A program made the position numbers and the translations under genes. The notes under the pieces were generated by a model, which saw nothing but the letters and a program-made list of their open reading frames with translations, was not told the DNA's origin and did not search any database. Below are positions 27,301 through 32,000 of a stretch of 32,000 nt of DNA, in pieces. This DNA is from a bacterium (lineage in GTDB: Bacteria > Chloroflexota > Dormibacteria > Aeolococcales > Bog-877): assembly GCA_021795235.1 (NCBI GenBank), contig JAJYPP010000014.1, positions 28,650-60,649 on the forward strand, read 5' to 3'. The first letter of the stretch is position 1. Each line of letters starts with the position of its first letter.

Positions 27301-28156
27301 CAACGTGGGCGAGGAGGCTGCTCTTGCCGAGCCCAGAGGCCCCCGTGACCAGGATCGGACCCGGGGCCTCACCCGCCAGGTGAGCACGCAGCCGGCCAAG
27401 CAGCCCGTCCTCAAAGTCCACCAGCGGCAGGTAGCCCTCGAGGCGCACTGCCGCGAAGTGGTCGTGAGCAGCGTCCCGACGCTGGCGGAGATCCGGCACC
27501 TCACTTTGAGGGAACCGCAGATCGATCGCCTTCTCCAGCTCCACCCCCAGCCGATCGCCAAGCTCCGGCAACGACCGGTACCCGTCCAGGATCACCCGGC
27601 CGCTATCGCGCAGCTCCTGCTTCAAGGCTTGGAGCTTGACCGAGGGGCCATCGCGGAACTCGCCCTCATCAGCGGCGCGGGCCTGCTGCAACTCCTCGGT
27701 CAGCGCCGGGTCGCGCAGGAAGAAGTAAGCGTGCTCGCGCATTTGGGGCGCCTCCAGCACCCCGAAGCGCATTTCCAGCTCGGTGACGCTCTCCCCCTGG
27801 TCAAGCGCCCTAGCGATACGCTCCCCGTAGGCCGAGTCGTGCCGCCTCTCCCAGTAGGCCGCGACGTCCTCTCGCCTCGGCACCCAGCCATACCGCTCCC
27901 CCAGGATGCCCACAAAGAAGGGCGGATGCTCCCGGCAGCGCTCAATCTCCTCCAAGCACACCTCGACGGTCCGCCCGTTCTTGGCGTCCTCTTCCTCGAT
28001 CCCCCACCTCAGGTCGATCTCCACGAAGGCCACGCCGCGCTCTCGACAGTGCGCCCTCAGCGCCGGGAAGACATGGGTCAACAGCCAGCTGCGCTCGTCC
28101 TCCATGTCGCGAAACGTCGACGACACAAACACCCGCACCTCGCGCTCCGTACTCAT
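24326..28156 (-). CDS. STAND/NLR-like ATPase, copy 2: DUF4062-like N-domain, P-loop NTPase (NACHT/NB-ARC-like) and 13 x 42-aa TPR
   Basis: 1276 aa. N-terminus reads VRVFVSSTFRDMEDERSWLLTHVFPALR...FFVGILGERYGWVP (DUF4062-like). Walker A GASGLGKS is encoded at 27320-27343. Walker B is IVLMLDGVD. A helical linker follows, then the TPR array from about aa 709. The ATG overlaps the stop of the upstream small gene. Confidence 0.9.
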   Translation of the reverse strand: MSTEREVRVFVSSTFRDMEDERSWLLTHVFPALRAHCRERGVAFVEIDLRWGIEEEDAKNGRTVEVCLEEIERCREHPPFFVGILGERYGWVPRREDVAAYWERRHDSAYGERIARALDQGESVTELEMRFGVLEAPQMREHAYFFLRDPALTEELQQARAADEGEFRDGPSVKLQALKQELRDSGRVILDGYRSLPELGDRLGVELEKAIDLRFPQSEVPDLRQRRDAAHDHFAAVRLEGYLPLVDFEDGLLGRLRAHLAGEAPGPILVTGASGLGKSSLLAHVAGRARDELGATVITHFVGADGERGLESWRVRVLEHLGTETEPPGSTDPWEWFASELTAATAKLSTGIVLMLDGVDQLIDPPGALDRLGALVWPPGVQLVATLADERGSRLVLFETLELRQPTAKERERIIVEVTKSYRHALPKELVGELTGNPACANPLYLRLVLEDLRVHATHQDLPLRLRERLQRPTPARLFEALLRELDEDFAADFPNADHSHPAQELAGLLAASYRGLEDRELAELMAHETDPIDPASHRPRVADPVLRPLLTWMAPYLLRNAGMQALMHAALGAGALPAGQEAPTRRHLIDYFDGEDDRGLTERLYQRARLEDHQGIVADLAAPAHVAALATSDPGVLTQALGVLGAGRAEVSEDLQQLASHWGEADVDWGSLGGVSAVSSLLYGMSFLPLAGAWAEANLAWARFHLPPGHPDIANSLNNLAQAVFAQGRYEEAEGLQREALAVRRQALPAGHPDIATSLSNLANVVRAQGRYEEAERLYKEALEMLRQALPAGHPAIAASVSNLAGVVSDQGRYGEAEGLRREALEIYRQALHLGHPDIAASVSNLATVVFAQGRYGEAEGLLMDALEMRRQALPPGHPDIANSLNNLAQAVFAQGRYEEAEGLQREALEIFRKALPPGHPDIAKSVSNLGGVFSHQGRYDEAEGLYKEALEIYRQALPAGHPDIAVSLSNLGGVFSDQGRYEEAEGLQREALAVRRQALPAGHPDIAVSLNNLAQAVFAQGRYEEAEGLLMDALEMRRQALPPGHPDIATSVSNLANVVQAQGRYGEVEGLYREALDMRRQALPPGHPDIANSLNNLAEAVFAQGRNDEAEGLHREALEMRREALPPGHRAIAASLNNLADSVLAQGRYDEAEGLLREALEISRQALPPGHPDIATSVSNLAIVVSAQGRYDEAEGLYREALDMRRQALPPGHPLIAMSVSNLASVVSDQGRYDEAEGLYREALAIYRQALPPGHPLIASAQDYLAMVVAKRNG
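24329..26032. repeat. 126-bp tandem coding repeat array (13 TPR units plus a cap) of NLR copy 2
   Basis: 42-aa periodicity. Internal duplicated blocks are present: EAEGLLMDALEMRRQALPPGHPDIA occurs twice and EAEGLQREALAVRRQALPAGHPDIA occurs twice. Confidence 0.9.
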
Positions 28157-28602
28157 GGTTCCTCCACCACCCGATAGGTCTTGCTGAAGACGCCGCTTCC
28201 GACGACCCCGACATCGCCGGGGGCGTACTGAACCAGCCAGTCCCCCGCCTGTCCGACTAGCACCCCACCGGACGGCAATTCGACGCTGATCGGCGCCTGC
28301 TCCGCCGAGATGCGCACAGCCCAGATCGTTTCAGCGCGCGCGACGTACCGGCCGTCATCTCCCCAGTTCGTGCCGACAACCGGCTGATATCGCGCCCCAA
28401 AGGCTGCCCGCTCGACGGGCCAGTGCTCCCCCTCCACCCCGGTCAGGATCGCGTCCCCCGCGACGTAGGGAACCAGCCCCTCCCGGGTGGCCACGGTCCC
28501 TGCTGCCCTGGCGAAGGTGGCCTCCACCGGCAGACCCCGCTTGCGCACACGCACGGCCCCCGGCTGCTGCGCTAGGTCCGACCCGGGATCAAAGCTGTTC
28601 AC
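28153..28602 (-). CDS. small PGDYG-like protein (intact copy), first gene of the NLR cassette
   Basis: ...RKRGLPVEATFARAAGTVATREGLVPYVAGDAILTGVEGEHWPVERAAFGARYQPV...LVGQAGDWLVQYAPGDVGVVGSGVFSKTYRVV matches my recollection of the PGDYG family (Pfam PF14083) of bacteria and phages. The GTG 28602 start is uncertain and internal GTGs are possible. The stop overlaps the NLR ATG. Confidence 0.6.
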   Translation of the reverse strand: MNSFDPGSDLAQQPGAVRVRKRGLPVEATFARAAGTVATREGLVPYVAGDAILTGVEGEHWPVERAAFGARYQPVVGTNWGDDGRYVARAETIWAVRISAEQAPISVELPSGGVLVGQAGDWLVQYAPGDVGVVGSGVFSKTYRVVEEP

Positions 28603-28623
28603 GGCTGTTCACGGCTGTTCACG
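28594..28623. repeat. three perfect tandem copies of a 10-bp unit (gctgttcacg) at the 5' end of the cassette
   Basis: Copies at 28594-28603, 28604-28613 and 28614-28623. On the coding strand the unit reads CGTGAACAGC x3. The last copy supplies the GTG used as the ORF start. Confidence 0.9.
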
Positions 28624-29292
28624 CCCCCTGCCGGAGTTGGACCCACTTCAGCAGGCCCATGTGTGTCCCTGATCTGGCCTCTCCCGTCCAACCCTGCACT
28701 CGCGCCGATGGCTGGCAAACTCATGACGACGAATCGCGGAGCGGAGCCGTCCGCAGCGCCCAGGGACACATCCAGTAGCCCCGGCGACAGATGATAGGCG
28801 GTCAGGACGGCGTGCGCCCCCAGGCCACTGCCAGCTGTGACGCCGCAGAAGATCTCCGATTGACACAACCAAGGCCCTGGATCTCATTGGCGGCGACTGC
28901 CCACCACAAGGCTGGACCGCCTTGTCACCGGACTTCTGGAGCCGCACTTGGACCGTGTATCTCTTGCCAGAGACAACGGCCGTCAGATAAGGGGGCGGAA
29001 GGTGGGCCAGGCTGGTGCTGGTTGCCAACCCCTTGAAGTAGCAACTGTCGAAGGCGGGCGCCGGAGCGGACGCGGGGAAGGTGACCAGCATCGTGCTCGA
29101 CCGCCACGATGGTCGTCCTCGCACTTGGGACGTCGAGATGCCGGACCCACCAAATGCGGCGGCATCGACTTCGTGGCAGCCCCTCGCGAGGCCATGGGCC
29201 GATCCTCATCTGCAGAAGGCGGGTGTGCATTGTCATCATGGACTTACACTCTCTGCCTTCCTCAGGGTCTCGATCGGTTGGGGAGATTGACA

Positions 29293-29781
29293 TTGACCAC
29301 GGCTCACACCACAGCCCAGCGCCTGGCCAGTTCAGTCGACACGCCACCAGAGAAGCTGGCGAAGCTCGCCGAGAGTCGGGATGCTGAGGTCAGGCGACGG
29401 GTGGCGCACCGGCCAACCTGCCCGCCCCAGACGGTCGGCCTTCTGGTGGGAGACGTCGACCCTTGGGTACGCTGTGCAGCAGGCGGCAATCCCTCGATCT
29501 CAGCCGACCTACTCGCGCGCCTGGCCGATGATGTCGACGATCGCGTCCGCGGAGCCGTGGCCGGGAACCCTGTCGTGCCCGACACGCTGCTGCGCCGGAT
29601 GGCGACTGATTCGTCCGCCTGGGTGCGAGCAAACGTGGTGATGAATCCCGCTTGCCCGACGGAACTCCGAGAGGCGCTGGCCGACAGCCCTGACTCCGAA
29701 CTCGTTCGACTGGCTGCCTCAGGGACGATGCAGAGTATGGAGCGCTCCCAACGGCGATCCAGGAGCGACCTCGTCGGCTAG
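29293..29781 (+). CDS. HEAT/leucine-rich-repeat-variant (LRV)-like repeat protein
   Basis: Repeats of about 24 aa: LAKLAESRDAEVRRRVAHRPTCP / LLVGDVDPWVRCAAGGNPSIS / LARLADDVDDRVRGAVAGNPVVP / LRRMATDSSAWVRANVVMNPACP / LADSPDSELVRLAAS. The start is uncertain: TTG 29293 or 29287 after GGGAGA. The track start 28948 is not credible. Confidence 0.45.
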   Translation: MTTAHTTAQRLASSVDTPPEKLAKLAESRDAEVRRRVAHRPTCPPQTVGLLVGDVDPWVRCAAGGNPSISADLLARLADDVDDRVRGAVAGNPVVPDTLLRRMATDSSAWVRANVVMNPACPTELREALADSPDSELVRLAASGTMQSMERSQRRSRSDLVG

Positions 29782-29947
29782 AACGGCTGGAGCGTTCACG
29801 CCGCAGGCACTCTTGAGGCGCCGAGGAGCGCCTCCGCCATGCTCACGCTCAGCCCAAGCGCGGGCTCGGGTAGAGGTGGAGGCCCCTGGAGTCTGCACCA
29901 ATGGCGACTGAAAGGCGACTTCGCCCCGGTTCCTCGATCGCCACGCT

Positions 29948-29997
29948 CGGTTTCCTAAACCGCGTGTCGCAGGTTCAAGTCCTGCCGGGGGCACCAG
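29948..29997. repeat. attR: displaced 3' part of tRNA-Arg (50-bp direct repeat)
   Basis: Exact copy of 11682-11731. No 5' tRNA half lies upstream, so this is not a functional tRNA. Confidence 0.85.
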
Positions 29998-30421
29998 CTC
30001 TTGGATCTCAACTCACGCGCTCGCCAGACCTCAGCATACCGTTGCCGCCGAGTGAACTGTGGTAAGCGCACTCCTGCGGCACCCCTTCTCGGGGTTCCCT
30101 TACGGGTCTTGGCCTCATCGGGTGCCGCCCGAGCCGTTGGCTCTGGTCTCACGCTCCCTCCCACGGCGCCGGATGATCCAGCGTCCTGGCCGTCGCTGCT
30201 CCCGCTGGCGGGCGGGGCCGCGGCGTCAACTACACCGCTTGGGCTGGCTATGTCCGGCCAGTCACGGAGGTCTTGGGCAGTGGCTACCCATCCTTGAAGC
30301 TCATCAGGACCAACCAGAGCACATCATACGAGCAACTGTTCCCTACCCCCTGCCGGTAATTCCCGCAACTCCACGGGGTCAGGGTCAGGTGCTTTGCGGC
30401 CCCTCATCCGCTTCACCGGTT

Positions 30422-30458
30422 TTGAACGAAGTCCTGCCTTGAGGTATGCTGGCATACC
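30422..30458 (+). promoter_or_regulatory. putative promoter and palindromic operator of the first vapBC pair (leaderless-type)
   Basis: TTGAAC (30422-30427), a 17-nt spacer, then TATGCT (30445-30450). The inverted repeat GGTATGC-TG-GCATACC (30443-30458) overlaps the -10 element and ends at the ATG (30459). Confidence 0.45.
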
Positions 30459-30683
30459 ATGAAACGGACTACGGTGAAGCTGCCCGAGACCCTTGACGCA
30501 ATCCTCCGCCACGAAGCCGAACTCAGAGGAGTCCCCATCGCCGTAGTGACGCGCCAAGCTTTGGAGGCGTACTTCAAGGCCGCTACACCCCGACAGCTCC
30601 TGGCAGCCGGGACAGGTCACAGCGGGGCCAGTGACGTCGCCGAACGGATTGAGGAGATCCTGAGCTCGGAGATCGCCCGATAG
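30459..30683 (+). CDS. ribbon-helix-helix (CopG/VapB-type) antitoxin
   Basis: MKRTTVKLPETLDAILRHEAELRGVPIAVVTRQALEAY shows the RHH pattern. It lies immediately upstream of a PIN gene. Confidence 0.75.
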   Translation: MKRTTVKLPETLDAILRHEAELRGVPIAVVTRQALEAYFKAATPRQLLAAGTGHSGASDVAERIEEILSSEIAR

Positions 30684-30706
30684 CCGTCCTCGTCGATGCG
30701 GGCCCC

Positions 30707-31093
30707 TTGTACGCTTACGTCGATGCGGACGACCGTCACCACCTGTCCTGCCGCCAACTCCTGGAGACCCATCCAGGGCCGCTGATAGTCCCCGAACTGG
30801 TGGTCACCGAGGTCGCGTACCTGATCGCGACCCGGTTGGGTACCGACCCTGAGGTTCGCTTCCTCGGCGACCTCGCCAGCGGAGCCTTCTCGGTCGAACC
30901 GGTGCACCCCGCCGACTGGCTGAGGATCGCCGAACTCGTATCCGGGTACCGGACCCTGCCGCTCGGCACGGTGGACGCATCCGTCATCGTGGCCGCGGAA
31001 CGCCTTGGGATCACCAACATCGCCACCCTCGACCGCCGCCACTTCGGCGTCCTTCGGCCCAAACACACTCCAGCCTTCAGCATCCTGCCCTGA
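30707..31093 (+). CDS. PIN-domain toxin (VapC family)
   Basis: ...PLIVPELVVTEVAYLI...LPLGTVDASVIVAAERLGITNIATLDRRHF. The frame is open from 30653 and encodes AVLVDAGPLYAYVDADD upstream of and through the first canonical start (TTG 30707), so the true start is unresolved. Confidence 0.75.
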   Translation: MYAYVDADDRHHLSCRQLLETHPGPLIVPELVVTEVAYLIATRLGTDPEVRFLGDLASGAFSVEPVHPADWLRIAELVSGYRTLPLGTVDASVIVAAERLGITNIATLDRRHFGVLRPKHTPAFSILP

Positions 31094-31376
31094 CCGTCCG
31101 CGGCAATATGTGCCTGCGAAGGTTGTCCTGGCCTCCGGTGCGCCGCACGATCAGGCCCGCACACCGTCACGGTCATGGCGCCAAGGCCCGGACTTCCGAC
31201 GCCCTACGGAATGATGTCCTTGCCGGCGATCACCAGGGCGGGAGTCCGCCCCGGGAGACCAGTAGGTGCCATGGTGGAGCCCAACCCTTGGTGGTTGATC
31301 TCACGAGTGCGCACTGCAGTAGCCCATTTCGGTGGCGGCGTCTACCAAGAGGCAGCCTGGAGGGTAGACTGGCCTG

Positions 31377-31583
31377 GTGCACAAGACAGCTCTACGCATC
31401 GACGAGGATCTCCTGGCCCAGGCTCGCGCTGTCCTCGGCACGAAAACGGCCACCGAGACCATCCACACGGCTTTGGCCGAGGTGGTGGACAGGCAGGGCC
31501 GGGCCCGGCTCTTCGAGCGGCTGCGCAGCCTAGAGGGCATCGACCTCGCAGACTATGCGGTCATGCGCGAGGCGTGGCGCTAG
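31377..31583 (+). CDS. type II antitoxin (VapB, DUF2191/Arc-like)
   Basis: MHKTALRIDEDLLAQARAVLGTKTATETIHTALAEVV is typical of VapB-family antitoxins. GTG start. It ends 3 nt before the next PIN gene. Confidence 0.75.
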   Translation: MHKTALRIDEDLLAQARAVLGTKTATETIHTALAEVVDRQGRARLFERLRSLEGIDLADYAVMREAWR

Positions 31584-31586
31584 GGC

Positions 31587-32000
31587 ATGGCCCGCTACCT
31601 GGCGGACAAATCGGCTCTTGCCCGGGTTCACTTGGCACCAGTGGCCAGTCGGTTGGAGTCGCTGTTCCTCGCCGGTGAGGTTGCTACCTGCGGCATCGTT
31701 GACTTGGAGCTGCTCTTCAGTGCCAGAAGCACCGTCGACTACCTGGCCATCCTCGCTGACCGGCGCAGCCTGCCGCGCGCCGAGGTCGGCGAGGCGGGGA
31801 TAGAACGGGCCGTCGTGGTCCAAACCGCTCTGGCCCGCAAGGGCCAACATCGCAGCCTGTCGATCCCTGACCTTCTAATTGCGGCCGCCGCAGAAGCCGC
31901 AGGGCTCACAGTCCTCCACTATGACTCCGATTTCGACCTGGTGGCCGAGGTCACAGGGCAGCCGACCGAGTGGGTCGTGCCCAAGGGCAGCTGTCCCTAG
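31587..32000 (+). CDS. PIN-domain toxin (VapC family)
   Basis: MARYLADKSALARV...CGIVDLELLFSARS...SIPDLLIAAAAEAAGLTVLHYDSDFDLV shows the VapC pattern. The stop is at the window end. Confidence 0.85.
   Translation: MARYLADKSALARVHLAPVASRLESLFLAGEVATCGIVDLELLFSARSTVDYLAILADRRSLPRAEVGEAGIERAVVVQTALARKGQHRSLSIPDLLIAAAAEAAGLTVLHYDSDFDLVAEVTGQPTEWVVPKGSCP

Larger units (their letters stand above)
24214..28526. repeat. large direct repeat R2 (4.3 kb), paralogous to 17546-21859
   Basis: See R1. The identical ORF translations in the track (for example 19611-21509 vs 26279-28177, and 20444-20893 vs 27112-27561) confirm the central identical block. Confidence 0.9.
11682..29997. mobile_element. integrated actinomycete-type integrative conjugative element (AICE, pSAM2-like organisation), about 18.3 kb
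   Basis: Bounded by the 50-bp tRNA-derived direct repeats. A tyrosine integrase lies next to the tRNA. The element also has xis, a Rep_trans initiator, a single FtsK/SpoIIIE transfer ATPase, ssb and a GntR repressor, plus a 12-kb cargo region. Confidence 0.85.

Noticed and set aside
29948-29997. A possible second tRNA gene
   Set aside because: Only the anticodon-loop-to-3'-end portion is present and no acceptor or D-arm 5' half precedes it. It is the attR copy of the tRNA-Arg 3' segment.
30001-30442. ORFs 30001-30297 +, 30059-30442 + and 30324-30620 - between attR and the first vapB
   Set aside because: They have no motifs, overlap one another and are Pro/Arg-rich. The region is more likely non-coding flanking DNA of the original attB, plus the vapB promoter.

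Overview
This is a high-GC bacterial chromosome segment. Gene content looks Actinomycetota-like, but the taxon cannot be proven from this window. Many long ORFs in the supplied track are antisense or alternate-frame shadows typical of high GC. I kept only frames with recognisable protein signatures or tight operon logic.

Layout:
(i) 1-9.0 kb holds envelope polysaccharide/glycolipid genes: a priming sugar transferase, a Wzx-like flippase, a Wzy/O-antigen-ligase-like protein, a processive GT2 synthase, a flippase-like membrane protein and a CDP-alcohol phosphatidyltransferase. trpS interrupts this block.
(ii) Next come pncA, clpP and a divergent XRE regulator. The regulator is translationally coupled to a ClpP-fold paralogue that has lost all three catalytic residues.
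(iii) tRNA-Arg(CCT) at 11655-11730 is the integration site of an 18.3-kb actinomycete-type integrative conjugative element (AICE). The element is bounded by perfect 50-bp direct repeats (11682-11731 and 29948-29997). It carries int, xis, a Rep_trans-type rep, an FtsK/SpoIIIE-type tra, ssb and a GntR (KorSA-like) repressor.
(iv) The ICE cargo (17.5-29.8 kb) is dominated by a duplicated cassette. It encodes a 1276-aa STAND/NLR-like ATPase with a DUF4062-like N-domain, a P-loop NTPase and 13 x 42-aa TPR units. A small PGDYG-like protein precedes it and a 2TM-TrkA_N-RyR-domain membrane protein follows it. This cassette is my candidate for an undescribed conflict/defence system.
(v) Two vapBC toxin-antitoxin pairs lie to the right of attR.

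All family assignments come from motif recognition by eye. No database search or computation was possible.
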